64,000 bases of DNA from an uncultured delta proteobacterium. GTDB lineage: Bacteria; Desulfobacterota; Desulfomonilia; UBA1062. Numbering within the stretch: the stretch's first letter is position 1; each line of letters begins with the position of its first letter. Below are positions 40,331 through 51,699 of the stretch, piece after piece. Both the position numbers and the translations under genes were made by a program. Location: the NCBI GenBank assembly GCA_963798485.1, contig CAWCTR010000007.1, forward strand, positions 480,001 to 544,000, read 5' to 3'. Below the pieces are notes generated by a model. The model saw nothing but the letters and a program-made list of their open reading frames with translations, was not told where the DNA came from and made no database searches.

Positions 40331-41983
40331 ATGGGTTTAGAATACAAGAGGGGGATCATCTACCAGGGGAGCAAGGGGAGGAACCTTAAGGAATTTATTT
40401 TGATAGCCCTCATGGTTGCCGTAGTAACCGGCATAGTGTGGGCATTCCTCGGTCAATGTCCTTCCGGGACTGCCCTGTGCCCGGTGCATGGTGCCAAGAC
40501 CGCCAACGTGCAGGCCGCCAGGCCTGTGCCGCCGCAGGTGACGTCTCCTGATGCGGTTAAAAACGCAAAAAGGATATCGCTCACCGTTGCCCAGGGGGAT
40601 ACCTTTTCCGGGGTCCTTCAGAAGAACGGCATATCAAGTCTTCAGGCCCTTGATATCATAGAGCGTGTCAAAGAGGTGTTCGACCTGTCGAAGCTGAGCG
40701 TAGGCAATGAGCTTGTCCTCATCTTCAGCAAGGATAACCAGGCATTCTTGGGTCTTGAGTATGAGATCAGCGACCTCAGCAGGCTCATAGTGGCCATCGA
40801 CGGCGATAGCATTGAGGCCAGGAAGCAGCAGATAGACCGGATCGTGAAACCCGCCCCTTATAATGCCATGAGACAGGTGGACCTGAAGGTGAGGCGCGGC
40901 GACAATATCTTCAGCCTCCTGAAGGCCTGCGGCATCAGGTACAAACAGATATACAGCCTCTTTACCTCGGTCAGACACGAGTACAATCTCGCGGATATCG
41001 CGCCGGGCCATCCCTTGAAGATATGGGTCACCGGCGACTCGACGAAAAGCCTTGAGAAGCTTACCTATGAGATCAGCCCGGTAACCTATATCGAGGTGCT
41101 CCCCAAGGAAGGCATCTTCAAGGCAAGAACCTGCACGAAGTCGCTGGATGTATCCTATGAGAGGGCGGAGGGGACAATCAAGAACTCCCTGTACGAGTCG
41201 GCCATAAAGTCGGGTCTGAGCCCGGAGATCGTCATGGACCTTGCGGACATCTTCGGGTGGGACATCAACTTCTTCACCGAGATCCAGGATGGCGACACCT
41301 TCACGGTCCTCTATGAGAAATATAATGTCCAAGACAACCTCAAGGGATACGGGAGGGTGCTTGCAGCACGCTTTGTCGTGAAAGGTGTGGAGCATCTGGC
41401 GGTCTACTATGATAACAACAAAGGCATGCACGGGTATTATGACGAACACGGCAAACCAATCCGCAAGCTATTTTTAAAGGCGCCGCTCAATTACCGCCGC
41501 ATCTCTTCTTTTTTTTCGTATCACCGTATTCACCCTGTCTTCCAGGTACAGAGACCTCACCTGGGTGTGGACTATGCAGCCCCGTCCGGCACCCCGGTGG
41601 TCGCACTGGGTGAAGGCAGGATAAGCGCCTGTGGATGGTCGGGGGGCTTCGGCAATGCCATTACCATCATCCATCCAGGCGGATATATCACCCATTACGG
41701 GCATCTCAGAGGGTTTGCAAAAGGGATTACAAAGGGTAGGCGCGTGGCACAGGGAGATGTGATCGGGTATGTGGGGATGACAGGCATTGCAACAGGACCG
41801 CATCTCGATTTCAGGGTCCAGTACCGAGGAAAGTTTACCAACCCATTGCATCTCGATCCGGTAAACGGGCCAACGCTTAAAGGTACTGTCTTGGCAAGGT
41901 TCAGGCAACAGAGCCTTAAAGAACTTACTTTGCTCGATGATCTCTCCCTGGACAAGTCGCTCAAGGCGGGTAAGTCGGGTTAA
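40331..41983 (+). CDS. M23-family peptidoglycan endopeptidase (MepM-like)
   Basis: HLGVDYAAP, YGHL, TGPHLDF; TM anchor; two LysM/OapA-like N-terminal modules. Confidence 0.9.
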   Translation: MGLEYKRGIIYQGSKGRNLKEFILIALMVAVVTGIVWAFLGQCPSGTALCPVHGAKTANVQAARPVPPQVTSPDAVKNAKRISLTVAQGDTFSGVLQKNGISSLQALDIIERVKEVFDLSKLSVGNELVLIFSKDNQAFLGLEYEISDLSRLIVAIDGDSIEARKQQIDRIVKPAPYNAMRQVDLKVRRGDNIFSLLKACGIRYKQIYSLFTSVRHEYNLADIAPGHPLKIWVTGDSTKSLEKLTYEISPVTYIEVLPKEGIFKARTCTKSLDVSYERAEGTIKNSLYESAIKSGLSPEIVMDLADIFGWDINFFTEIQDGDTFTVLYEKYNVQDNLKGYGRVLAARFVVKGVEHLAVYYDNNKGMHGYYDEHGKPIRKLFLKAPLNYRRISSFFSYHRIHPVFQVQRPHLGVDYAAPSGTPVVALGEGRISACGWSGGFGNAITIIHPGGYITHYGHLRGFAKGITKGRRVAQGDVIGYVGMTGIATGPHLDFRVQYRGKFTNPLHLDPVNGPTLKGTVLARFRQQSLKELTLLDDLSLDKSLKAGKSG

Positions 41984-42013
41984 ACGTAACAGAACCCCTT
42001 TAGGAGGTGTTCT

Positions 42014-42769
42014 ATGGATGCCGCCGGGTATGCCGTCATCACCATCGCTGTCCTCGTGCTTCTCTTTCTTTTTTCCGCCATCAAGGTCCTCAATGAATAT
42101 GAGCGGGCCGTGGTGTTCAGGCTTGGCCGTGTGCTCGGAGCGCCCAAGGGCCCGGGGCTCATCATCATTATCCCGCTCGTGGACAGGTTCATTCGCATCG
42201 GGCTACGGACCATCGTCCAGGATGTCCCCCCGCAGGATGTCATCACCAGGGATAATGTAACGGTCAAGGTGAGCGCCGTCATCTACTTCCGGGTGATCAA
42301 CCCCTTGAATGCGGTCATCGATGTGGAGAACTACCTCTATGCCACCAGCCAGCTCAGCCAGACCACCCTGCGGTCCGTGTGCGGACAGGCGGAGCTCGAT
42401 GAGCTCCTCTCCAAGAGGGAAGATGTGAGCGCCCAGATACAGACCATCCTTGACCGGCATACCGAACCCTGGGGGATCAAGGTGTCTGCGGTGGAGCTGA
42501 AGAACATCGACCTGCCCGAGGAGATGCAGCGGTCCATCGCAAGGCAGGCAGAGGCCGAGAGGGAGAGAAGGGCCAAGGTCATCAATGCGGAAGGCGAGTT
42601 CCAGGCGGCCCAGAGGCTCTTGGATGCGGCCGCCCTTATGGCGAAGGAGCCTATTGCCCTGCAATTGCGCTATCTCCAGACCATACGCGAGATGTCATCG
42701 GAACAGGGATCAACGAATACGATCCTACCCATACCGATTGATTTTCTCTCAACGTGGATAAAGAAGTAA
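42014..42769 (+). CDS. Stomatin/slipin SPFH-domain protein
   Basis: [38 protein letters not shown]. Confidence 0.92.
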   Translation: MDAAGYAVITIAVLVLLFLFSAIKVLNEYERAVVFRLGRVLGAPKGPGLIIIIPLVDRFIRIGLRTIVQDVPPQDVITRDNVTVKVSAVIYFRVINPLNAVIDVENYLYATSQLSQTTLRSVCGQAELDELLSKREDVSAQIQTILDRHTEPWGIKVSAVELKNIDLPEEMQRSIARQAEAERERRAKVINAEGEFQAAQRLLDAAALMAKEPIALQLRYLQTIREMSSEQGSTNTILPIPIDFLSTWIKK

Positions 42770-42790
42770 GGCGCCTGATCACGGCAATGC

Positions 42791-43530
42791 ATGCAGACGC
42801 TCACGAGCAGGCATAATCCCCTTTACAAGGAGTTGACCGCCCTCAAGAAAGACAAGGGCCTTATGCTGCTGGAGGGGAAGCGTCTTGTGGCCGATGCCCT
42901 CGCACGGGGCATCACGCCGAGGATGGTGGCGGTCTCCCAGGGGTTTGAAGAGGTCCACAGCCTTCCTGTGCCGCCCGATGCCGTAATGTCCGAGACGCTC
43001 TTTAAGAGTATCAGTGAGACCGAGACACCCCAGGGTGTCCTGGCCTTTTTTCAGGTCCCCTGGGCAGGCATGGAAGAGATCATGGAGCAGGAGAGGGTTG
43101 TTATCCTCGACGGTCTCCAGGACCCCGGGAATGTCGGCACTATTGTCCGGACCGCCGAGGCCTTCGGGTTTTCCGGCATGATCATCCTGGACGGCACGGC
43201 AAGCCCCTTCTCAGGTAAGGCTGTAAGGGCTTCAATGCAGGTTCGTGCCTGGGCATCCGGATAGCGCGCTGTGCTACAGGCGATCTGAGGCGGCTTCCCC
43301 ACCGAATCCTTGCGCTTAGTGCCCAGGGCCGCAAGGGTCTTTCCCCTGCACTGTTTGAGTCCAAGGTGGCCGTATGTCTTGGCCGGGAGGCCCAAGGCAT
43401 CAGCAAGGAGATCCTGGATATCTGTTATGAAACGGTCTCCATTCCCATGAAAGGCGCTACTGAGTCCTTGAACGTAGCCGTAGCTGCGGGCATTGTCATG
43501 GCATGCGCTGCAGGGGTTCTTGGTTTGTAG
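42791..43530 (+). CDS. TrmH/SpoU-family RNA methyltransferase (frameshift near 43238)
   Basis: LQDPGNVGTIVRTA..KAVRASM, then the shifted frame GSCLG...GREAQG...IPMKGATESLNVAVAAG to TAG at 43530. Confidence 0.85.
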
Positions 43531-43538
43531 GAGCGCCT

Positions 43539-44513
43539 TCAGGCGCGATCGAGTTTCCTTAGATTCCCTTCGAGCCTGTCTGCCTTTCGGCCAACGCTGG
43601 TCAGCATGATCACCACATTGGTGCTGGCGCGTGCGCGGAGGCGCTTGTTTGCGATGATGGCCCCGGGCTTCAGATAGTGTTTCGTCTTGAGACACATGTC
43701 ATCATAATCGACCTCCACGATCCCGTGCTTTAAGACGGCAACGCTGCCCTTGGGGCTAACAGGGATTTCCTGGCCCTTGTCATAACTCAGGGTCGTAATG
43801 ACTTCAGGCAACGATTTCAGCTCTCCGTTATCTTCAAGGTCTTCCACGACCTTTTTCATGATGCGCTCGCTGTAGATACTCTCAAGGATCTGTCGCAGGC
43901 TCATATGACGCCCTTTAAGTTCACGCAAGGGTTCTGAAGACATCCTGACGAGCATGCTCTTTTCTATTGTCCTCACGGTTGCACTGCGGCATGTCCGGGC
44001 GAAAAAGCCGATCTCGCCGAACACATCACCCGGCAGCATGACACCAAGCCTTCTCGAATCACGGTAAACCTCGCAGGAGCCTGAGAGTACCATAAAGACG
44101 TCACCGCCTTCATCGTAGCGCTTCATGACAATCCTTCCCCTGGGATAGGTATTGATGTCTATGATGGAGAGCAGGTCAATGAAGGCCTCTTTCTCCAAGG
44201 CTGCAAAGAAGTTGAAGGAATCTTTTTTCAGGAATGATGCGGCGAATTCATATTCCTCTAACGCATCCCCAAGAAGACCTGCTATCGTGTATGACCGGAT
44301 GATAAGCGCGCTGACCTTCGGGATGTGACCGAGAACCGTCTTTGCCTTTCTGGATACGGCCATGGCCTTGAAGGGCAGTTGCCTTTTAAGATACTCTTTC
44401 ATGCACTCATCAAAGAGACGTAGCGCCATGTCCACATCTTTGCATGATGCGGCATGCTGAGCATCAGAGAGCAATTTGCGGGGATCTTTCGTATCTTGTC
44501 CGGATTTATTCAT
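43539..44513 (-). CDS. Cyclic nucleotide-binding domain protein
   Basis: FMVLSGSC, GDVFGEIGF, RSATV. Confidence 0.8.
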   Translation of the reverse strand: MNKSGQDTKDPRKLLSDAQHAASCKDVDMALRLFDECMKEYLKRQLPFKAMAVSRKAKTVLGHIPKVSALIIRSYTIAGLLGDALEEYEFAASFLKKDSFNFFAALEKEAFIDLLSIIDINTYPRGRIVMKRYDEGGDVFMVLSGSCEVYRDSRRLGVMLPGDVFGEIGFFARTCRSATVRTIEKSMLVRMSSEPLRELKGRHMSLRQILESIYSERIMKKVVEDLEDNGELKSLPEVITTLSYDKGQEIPVSPKGSVAVLKHGIVEVDYDDMCLKTKHYLKPGAIIANKRLRARASTNVVIMLTSVGRKADRLEGNLRKLDRA

Positions 44514-44594
44514 GAAGTCCTCCTTTCACAGCAAAGCATTCTATGGGGAGGATCTGTTCGTGGGGTATGTATCTAAAGATGTTAGATCCGGCCT

Positions 44595-45638
44595 TTATAA
44601 ATAGTGGTCCTTAATGAATCCTGCGATTTTACGGCTCGCCTGACCGTCACCAAAGGGATTATACGCCAATTCAATACATTTGTCCATCATATTAATTACA
44701 GCATTCAAAATCGTTTCCGGCTCGGCTTCAACAAGGCGGTTGGCCCCTGCCTGCACGGTCTCCGGCCACTCAGTGGTGTCGCGGACAGTCACGCATGGAC
44801 AGCCTAAGAGGAAGGCCTCCTTTTGCACCCCTCCGGAATCGGTGATTATGCACCGTGCATCTTTTATCATGGCGAGCATGGTGAGATAGCTTACCGGTTC
44901 AATGACCTTGATATGATTGTTGGCATGGGCAAGCATGTGGCCGAACATATTCTTTGTGCGGGGGTGGGCGGGGAAGATCACTTCGGTGTGATGCAAGATA
45001 CGTTTCAAGGCCTCCCAGATGGCAAGGAACCTTTCTGTGTTATCGGTGTTTTCCGCCCGGTGGATGGTAACGAGCACATACCCTTTGGTATAGGGGTTCT
45101 TAAGGCCTTCTACACATACCTGCAGGAGTGCGTCATACATGACATCACCGGTCAAAATGCCTTCTATGCCTTCGGTCTTTAATATATTCACTGCGTTGAT
45201 GGTGGGGCAGAAATGGTGATCGCTGACATGGTCCGTCACCACGCGGTTGATCTCTTCGGGCATCTTCTTGTCATAACTGCGGACACCCGCCTCCACATGG
45301 CCTATCTTGATCCCGAGTTTGGCGGCACTGAGCGCGCCTGCTAAGGTGGAGTTTGTATCGCCATAAACGACTACCATCTTCGGGTTTTCCTTGAGCAGAA
45401 TATCTTCGATGCCTTGAAGCATCTTCGCGGTCTGTCGGCCGTGGCTGTCTGATCCGATCCCGAGGGAATAGTCGGGGGCGTCCATGCCTAATGAGGTGAA
45501 ATGGACCTCCGACATGGTGTAATCGTAATGCTGACCGGTATGCAGCACCTTATAGGGTATGCCCGACTCCTTAAATGCCCGTACAACAGGCGAGAGCTTT
45601 ATGAATTGGGGCCGCGCCCCAACGATATGAAGGATTAT
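44595..45638 (-). CDS. wecB: UDP-N-acetylglucosamine 2-epimerase (non-hydrolysing); apparent ATA start
   Basis: The frame extends upstream to ATA-ILHIVGARPQFIK; HTGQHY, GDTNST, HVEAG, TDSGGVQKEA. Confidence 0.9.
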   Translation of the reverse strand: MILHIVGARPQFIKLSPVVRAFKESGIPYKVLHTGQHYDYTMSEVHFTSLGMDAPDYSLGIGSDSHGRQTAKMLQGIEDILLKENPKMVVVYGDTNSTLAGALSAAKLGIKIGHVEAGVRSYDKKMPEEINRVVTDHVSDHHFCPTINAVNILKTEGIEGILTGDVMYDALLQVCVEGLKNPYTKGYVLVTIHRAENTDNTERFLAIWEALKRILHHTEVIFPAHPRTKNMFGHMLAHANNHIKVIEPVSYLTMLAMIKDARCIITDSGGVQKEAFLLGCPCVTVRDTTEWPETVQAGANRLVEAEPETILNAVINMMDKCIELAYNPFGDGQASRKIAGFIKDHYL

Positions 45639-45694
45639 GGCTTATCTCCCATAATAGATTGTAACATTGCGCCGCAGGCTAACCTTATCGGGGC

Positions 45695-46219
45695 CTACAT
45701 CTTTACAACCTTGCATACATGCTGGAGCTTGGCGGCAAGTTTTCCGCAGTCCCTCGCAGCCGACTCCTGGGTTGTGAATGTGTTCCACCGCACACAGTAT
45801 GCTTTGCCCTCTTTGTCCACCCTGAAGGAGAGCTTGCTTTTATTCTTGAGCTCCCTGGCAAAGCTGTTCGCCTTTTCCCTGCTTTTGAAGGCGCCGACCT
45901 GGATGGTATAGCTGTCATCCGGACTGGAGGAGTCCTTCTGGTTGAGGGTTTCATAGAATGTCAAACCAATGGGGGCTACCGAGCTTGTCTTGGGTTTGGG
46001 TTGTTCAGTGACGGCCTGGGGCTTGTCCTTTTCTGAAAAGGCGCTTTTCCATGTGCGCTGAATCGGATCAAGGGAGAGCTCCGAGCGGCTGCTGAAGTAT
46101 GAGAAGACAAAACTGACACCGGCGAGCAGGCCTAAAGAGAGGAAGAGCAGGGCTATATTTTTTGCAAGGGATAGTTGCTTGACGCGGCGGCCCTTTTTTT
46201 TGGTTTTTTTCTTTATCAT
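45695..46219 (-). CDS. SPOR-domain protein (FtsN-like)
   Basis: Basic N-terminus, TM helix, LTFYETL, YTIQVGAF; downstream of argS. Confidence 0.85.
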   Translation of the reverse strand: MIKKKTKKKGRRVKQLSLAKNIALLFLSLGLLAGVSFVFSYFSSRSELSLDPIQRTWKSAFSEKDKPQAVTEQPKPKTSSVAPIGLTFYETLNQKDSSSPDDSYTIQVGAFKSREKANSFARELKNKSKLSFRVDKEGKAYCVRWNTFTTQESAARDCGKLAAKLQHVCKVVKM

Positions 46220-46242
46220 TATTAGTACATTCTCTCCGGTTA

Positions 46243-47904
46243 TTACATGCTCTCCGGGGCATCGATGCCCATGAGCGCCAAGGCGTTGGCGATTACCTGT
46301 CTTACTGCATCGATGAGCACCAGTCTGGCTGAAGTCAATGGGGCGTTCTCTGTTATCACCCGGTTTCTATTATAAAACCTGTGAAAAGCCGTTGCAAGGT
46401 CTAAGAGATAAAAGGCTATCCTGTGGGGTTCAAGGTCTGAGGCAGCCGATACGACGATATCGGGGTAGCCGGCCAGTACCTTGATGAGGTCCAGGTCATC
46501 TCCGCTGGTAAGCAGTTCCAGATTTGCCCCTTCAAGGGTTGGTCCGGCCCCTTGTCCGGCCGCATTCCTTATGATGGAACAGATCCGGGCATGGGCGTAC
46601 TGGATATAGTAAACAGGGTTTTCATCACTCTTCTTCTTGGCGAGATCAAGGTCGAACACGAGCTGCGCATCGCACTTTCGCATCATAAAGAAGTACCGGG
46701 CAACATCCTTGCCTACCTCATTGATGATCTCTCTTAAGGTCACGAATTCGCCCGAGCGTGTGGACATGGACACCGGCTTACCGTCCCTTACCAGTGACAC
46801 AAGCTGGATGAGCAGTGCATGGAAACAGTCCTCCGGGGCGCCCAGGGCAGTGATTGCCGCCTTCATCCTGGGCACATAGCCGTGGTGGTCTGCACCCCAG
46901 ATGTCGATGAGGTGCGCAAAACCCCTGTCCAGCTTGTCCTTGTGGTAGGCGATATCAGGGGCGAAGTAGGTCAGTGAGCCATCCTGCTTTTTCAGCACGC
47001 GGTCCTTCTCGTCCCCGAAGTGTGATGTTCTGAACCACAGGGCGCCGTCCGCTTCATAGCTCAGATGCTTTTCCTTCAGGTAGCTGAGGGCATCCTCGAC
47101 CTTGTGGTCGTGATACAGGCTCGACTCGCTGAACCACTTATGGAAATGGACATTGAAAAGGCTTAAGTCCTCCTTTATACCCTGCAAGATAACCTGGGCT
47201 GCATACTCCCTGCAGATCTTGACCGCCTCGTCATGGTCCGTCTCAAGGAGGGCATTGCCATGGATCTTGATCACTCCTTCGGCGATGTCCTTGATATAGT
47301 CGCCCTTGTAGCCGCTTTCCGGGAAGAGGGAGTCCTTGCCGTGTATCTCATTGTAGCGCTCCAGTACGGAGCGCCCCAGATTGTTCATCTGGTTGCCGAT
47401 GTCATTGATGTAATATTCGGCCGCCACATCGAACCCTGCCGCATCCAGGATGCGCACCAGTGTATCGCCCACGGCCGCCCCTCTTCCGTGGCCGATGTGC
47501 AGCGGTCCTGTGGGATTGGCGCTGACAAACTCCACCTGGACCTTCTTTTTTGCGCCGTAACTGCTCTTCCCGTAGTCCCGGCGGAGTGTGGTGATCTCCT
47601 GGAGCAGGCCTGCCCATTTGACAGGTTTTATAAAGAGATTTATAAAGCCGGGCCCTGCCACCTCGACCTTCTCGATCAACTCGCTTTGGGCCTCGATGGC
47701 CTGTTTGATGATTCCAGCCACCTCCCTGGGAGACTTTTTGGCCCTCTTGGCGGCCACCATAGCCAGGTTTGATGAAAAATCACCGAACTCCTTGTTGGTT
47801 GGAATACTTATGGAGATGATATCGAGATCCAGCTCAGGGAGAGAGCCTGAAGAGATGAGGCTCTGTGCCGTATCTCTTAATAGCCGTTCCACCTTGTCCT
47901 TCAT
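46243..47904 (-). CDS. argS: Arginine--tRNA ligase
   Basis: EFVSANPTGPLHIGHGR, WGADHHGY, MSTRSG, YIQYAHAR, APESM. Confidence 0.97.
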   Translation of the reverse strand: MKDKVERLLRDTAQSLISSGSLPELDLDIISISIPTNKEFGDFSSNLAMVAAKRAKKSPREVAGIIKQAIEAQSELIEKVEVAGPGFINLFIKPVKWAGLLQEITTLRRDYGKSSYGAKKKVQVEFVSANPTGPLHIGHGRGAAVGDTLVRILDAAGFDVAAEYYINDIGNQMNNLGRSVLERYNEIHGKDSLFPESGYKGDYIKDIAEGVIKIHGNALLETDHDEAVKICREYAAQVILQGIKEDLSLFNVHFHKWFSESSLYHDHKVEDALSYLKEKHLSYEADGALWFRTSHFGDEKDRVLKKQDGSLTYFAPDIAYHKDKLDRGFAHLIDIWGADHHGYVPRMKAAITALGAPEDCFHALLIQLVSLVRDGKPVSMSTRSGEFVTLREIINEVGKDVARYFFMMRKCDAQLVFDLDLAKKKSDENPVYYIQYAHARICSIIRNAAGQGAGPTLEGANLELLTSGDDLDLIKVLAGYPDIVVSAASDLEPHRIAFYLLDLATAFHRFYNRNRVITENAPLTSARLVLIDAVRQVIANALALMGIDAPESM

Positions 47905-48079
47905 GGGAGCCTCTTTACTCTGTATGGTCCTGGCATTGAACGCCTTGATTAAGGTGCCTCTTAATATCAATTGTGCTGTTTGTCTAGTGAGCAAAATCAC
48001 TATCCTGTGTGCTGTACACCGCCTCCAATGGTTCTTCATGCAAGTCAAACAAACGTGATGGCAAAGGGAAGTTTGAATA

Positions 48080-48142
48080 TTGACATTGATCAGGAGAGAT
48101 TCTATAAGAGGTCTGTTAGCAGATAAGGGAGACGAGTGCTAA
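48080..48142 (+). promoter_or_regulatory. Sigma70 promoter and CIRCE element
   Basis: TTGACA-17-TATAAG; TTAGCAGAT-N9-GAGTGCTAA at 48116-48142, upstream of hrcA. Confidence 0.9.
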
Positions 48143-48153
48143 GGAATGATAAT

Positions 48154-49185
48154 ATGCCCGAGCTAACCCATCGAGATAAAAGCATATTAAATGCAATCAT
48201 CCGTGAGTATGTGGAAACCGGTGAACCGGTAGGGTCGAGGATTATTGCAAGGAAGTACCTTTACACCCTGTCTTCGGCGACCATCCGCAACATCATGGCC
48301 GACCTTGAGGAGATGGGCCTGTTGTATCAGCCCCACGTATCTGCAGGCAGGATACCGACCCCCGAGGGCTTCAGGTGCTATCTGAACGATATTATGGAGC
48401 TCAAGTCGCTTCCGAGGGGAGAAAAGACCATGATCTCCCGGCAGATGTCTCATGGCACCGGAGATATCATGGATACCCTCATTCAGGCGTCCGTGCTGCT
48501 CTCCAAGATTTCACAGAATGCCTCGATCATCATCCTGCCCAGGTTCGACACGTTCTTCTTCAAGCGTATCGAGTTTGTCAGGCTGGATGAGGGCAGGATC
48601 ATGGTGGTGCTGGTGAGCCGGGCGGGCATGGTGTACAACCACATCGTCCATGGAGAGGACATAGAGCAGGGCAAGCTCGATCAGTTTGCGAACTATCTGA
48701 ACGGGGCCTATGCGGACCTTACCATACATGAAATGCGCGACAGGCTGGTGAAGGAGATGTCCAGCGAAAAGGCAAAGGTGGATACGCTGATAAAGCAGGC
48801 CCTTGACCTTGGCATGACGGCGCTCAAGGCCGTGGAGGAAGTTCCTGAAATTGTTATCCGGGGAAAGGATACCGTATTCAACAAGCCCGATCTTTCAGAC
48901 CTGGGAAAGCTCCGTGATGTTGTGAATGCCTTTGAGGACAAGGGACGGATCGTCCGCATACTCAACAGGGTGCTCGAGGTGCCCGGCGTCTCGGTCCTGC
49001 TCGGTGAAGAGATGAAAAACATCGGGGTAGATAACTTCAGCATGGTGGCCACAGGCTACCATAAAAAGAACATCCCTGTGGGTTCTCTGGGCGTGATCGG
49101 CCCGATACGCATGGACTATACACGGGTGATACCGCTCGTGGGATATATGGCAAGATTCTTGAGCGAGTTGTTGGAGGACATGTAA
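48154..49185 (+). CDS. hrcA: Heat-inducible repressor HrcA
   Basis: EPVGSR, SSATIRNIMADLE, QPHVSAGRIPT, GVIGPIRMDY. Confidence 0.96.
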   Translation: MPELTHRDKSILNAIIREYVETGEPVGSRIIARKYLYTLSSATIRNIMADLEEMGLLYQPHVSAGRIPTPEGFRCYLNDIMELKSLPRGEKTMISRQMSHGTGDIMDTLIQASVLLSKISQNASIIILPRFDTFFFKRIEFVRLDEGRIMVVLVSRAGMVYNHIVHGEDIEQGKLDQFANYLNGAYADLTIHEMRDRLVKEMSSEKAKVDTLIKQALDLGMTALKAVEEVPEIVIRGKDTVFNKPDLSDLGKLRDVVNAFEDKGRIVRILNRVLEVPGVSVLLGEEMKNIGVDNFSMVATGYHKKNIPVGSLGVIGPIRMDYTRVIPLVGYMARFLSELLEDM

Positions 49186-49186
49186 G

Positions 49187-49738
49187 ATGCAAGACGAGAA
49201 GGACAACGTGAGGGAGATGAATAACAACACCGTCGAAGAGATTCAATTTGGGCAGGAGGAAGCCACCGAAGGCGCACAGGCATTAGAACCATCTGTTGAT
49301 GAGCTCAAGACGCAAATCGCAGAGCTCAAGGATAAATATCTGAGGGCCTTGGCGGAGATGGACAACATGAAGAAGCGCCAACAGCGGCAATATGCCGATG
49401 TGTTGAAATACGGCAAAGAGGCCGTCCTGAAGGATTTCCTTCTGGTTTACGACGCCATTGAGAAGTCCATCGCCTCTTCCCTTGGGCTCTTTCCGGATGA
49501 TGATAACTTCATCAAAGGCTTGAGGATGACGGAGAAACTGATGCTCGAGACCTTGAAAAAGCACGGTGTGGAGCCTATACAAACAATAAATACAGCCTTT
49601 GATCCTCATTTTCACGAGGCCTTAATACAGGTTATGAGGGATGACCTCGGGCCGGGTATGGTGGCCGATGAGATCGAAAAAGGCTTTTTGTTGAATGAGC
49701 GGGTATTAAGGCCTGCAAAGGTAGCGGTTGTTTCTTAA
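49187..49738 (+). CDS. grpE: Nucleotide exchange factor GrpE
   Basis: LRALAEMDN, FDPHFHEA, RVLRPAKV. Confidence 0.95.
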   Translation: MQDEKDNVREMNNNTVEEIQFGQEEATEGAQALEPSVDELKTQIAELKDKYLRALAEMDNMKKRQQRQYADVLKYGKEAVLKDFLLVYDAIEKSIASSLGLFPDDDNFIKGLRMTEKLMLETLKKHGVEPIQTINTAFDPHFHEALIQVMRDDLGPGMVADEIEKGFLLNERVLRPAKVAVVS

Positions 49739-49775
49739 ACACTAAGAGGAGAAAACATAAGGGAGGATTATTCAC

Positions 49776-51692
49776 ATGGGAAAGATATTAGGAATTGATC
49801 TGGGTACCACCAATTCCTGTATGGCTATTATGGAGGCCGGTGAGCCGAAGGTCATCCCCAATGCCGAAGGCGCAAGGACGACCCCATCGGTGGTTGCGTT
49901 CACTGCAAGCGGTGAGCGCCTTGTAGGGCAGGTTGCCAGACGTCAGGCCATTACGAATTCCGAAAAGACCATGCATGCCATTAAGCGCCTTATCGGCAGG
50001 AAGTTTGAAGACAAAGAGGTCCAGAAGGATATCAAGGTGATGCCCTTCAAGATCGTCAAGGCGGATAATGGCGATGCCGCGATCCAGATCGAAGAGAGAA
50101 GGTATGCCCCGCCTGAGATCTCGGCCATGGTCCTGCAGAAACTCAAGATGGACGCCGAGGCATATCTGGGTGAAAAGGTCGATGAGGCCGTCATCACCGT
50201 GCCGGCATACTTCAATGACTCGCAGAGGCAGGCCACCAAGGATGCAGGTAAGATTGCCGGTTTCGAGGTGAAGAGGATCATCAACGAGCCCACTGCCGCG
50301 GCACTGGCATACGGACTTGACCGGAAGAAGGAAGAGAAGGTGGCGGTGTTCGACCTCGGAGGGGGTACCTTCGATATCTCTATCCTTGAGATCGGCGATG
50401 GCGTGTTTGAGGTGAAATCCACCAACGGCGACACCCACCTGGGTGGTGAAGATATCGACTACCGCATTATCGATTTTTTAGTCTCCGAGTTCAAGAAGGA
50501 GACCGGCGTTGATCTGGGCAAGGACCGCATGGCCCTCCAGAGGCTTAAGGAAGGTGCGGAGAGGGCAAAGCACGAATTGTCTTCCATGATGGAAACAGAG
50601 GTCAATCTCCCCTTTATCACTGCCGATCAGACCGGGCCGAAACACCTCAACATGAAGCTTACCAGGGCCAAGCTCGAGAACCTGGTGGAGGACATCATTG
50701 CAAATCTCGAGGGGCCGTGCAGAAAGGCTATGGCCGATGCCGGGCTCACGCCCAAGGAGATCGACGAGATCATCCTCGTGGGTGGGCAGACACGTATGCC
50801 CAGGGTAGTGCAGAAGGTCAAGGAGATCTTTGACAAGGAGCCCCACAAGGGCGTGAATCCCGATGAGGTGGTTGCCGTCGGCGCTGCCATCCAGGGCGGT
50901 GTCTTGGGCGGGGACGTGAAAGACGTTCTCCTGCTCGACGTGACCCCGCTTTCACTCGGCATAGAGACCTTAGGCGGGGTGTTCACCAAGATCATCGAGC
51001 GCAACACCACCATCCCTACGAAGAAGACGCAGGTCTTCTCAACGGCCGAAGACAATCAGAATGCGGTTACTATCAGGGTGTTCCAGGGTGAAAGGCCTAT
51101 GGCGGGAGACAACAAGCTGCTCGGGCAGTTCGATCTCATGGGCATACCGGCCGCGCCCAGGGGAATCCCTCAGATCGAGGTAAGCTTTGATATCGACGCC
51201 AACGGCATCCTCCATGTGTCCGCCAAAGACAAGGCCACGGGTAAGGAGCAGTCGATAAGGATTACCAGCTCTTCAGGTCTGAACGAGGATGACATCAATA
51301 AGATGATCCGCGAGGCCGAAGAACATGAGTCGGACGACCGTAAGCGTAAGGAACTTGTGGAGGCGAAGAACACTGCGGACAGTCTCGCATACACGACCGA
51401 GAAGACGCTGAAGGAGCACGGCGACAAGGTTGACTCCATGACCAGGGCAAGTATAGAGAATGCCCTGGCCGATCTCAAAGAGGCACTCAAGAGCGATGAC
51501 ACCGAGCAGATCAAAAAGAAGATGGATGCACTCACTACGGCATCGCATAAGCTGGCTGAGATGATCTACTCGTCTGCGGCCCAGGGCAATGCCGGGGCGG
51601 CAGGGCCTGACGCAGGGGCCGGCGGTTCCTCAAAGCAGGCCGAAGACGTAGTGGATGCAGAATTTGAAGAGGTAAAGGGAGATAAGGGATAA
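49776..51692 (+). CDS. dnaK: Chaperone DnaK
   Basis: [24 protein letters not shown]. Confidence 0.98.
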   Translation: MGKILGIDLGTTNSCMAIMEAGEPKVIPNAEGARTTPSVVAFTASGERLVGQVARRQAITNSEKTMHAIKRLIGRKFEDKEVQKDIKVMPFKIVKADNGDAAIQIEERRYAPPEISAMVLQKLKMDAEAYLGEKVDEAVITVPAYFNDSQRQATKDAGKIAGFEVKRIINEPTAAALAYGLDRKKEEKVAVFDLGGGTFDISILEIGDGVFEVKSTNGDTHLGGEDIDYRIIDFLVSEFKKETGVDLGKDRMALQRLKEGAERAKHELSSMMETEVNLPFITADQTGPKHLNMKLTRAKLENLVEDIIANLEGPCRKAMADAGLTPKEIDEIILVGGQTRMPRVVQKVKEIFDKEPHKGVNPDEVVAVGAAIQGGVLGGDVKDVLLLDVTPLSLGIETLGGVFTKIIERNTTIPTKKTQVFSTAEDNQNAVTIRVFQGERPMAGDNKLLGQFDLMGIPAAPRGIPQIEVSFDIDANGILHVSAKDKATGKEQSIRITSSSGLNEDDINKMIREAEEHESDDRKRKELVEAKNTADSLAYTTEKTLKEHGDKVDSMTRASIENALADLKEALKSDDTEQIKKKMDALTTASHKLAEMIYSSAAQGNAGAAGPDAGAGGSSKQAEDVVDAEFEEVKGDKG

Positions 51693-51699
51693 GAATAAC

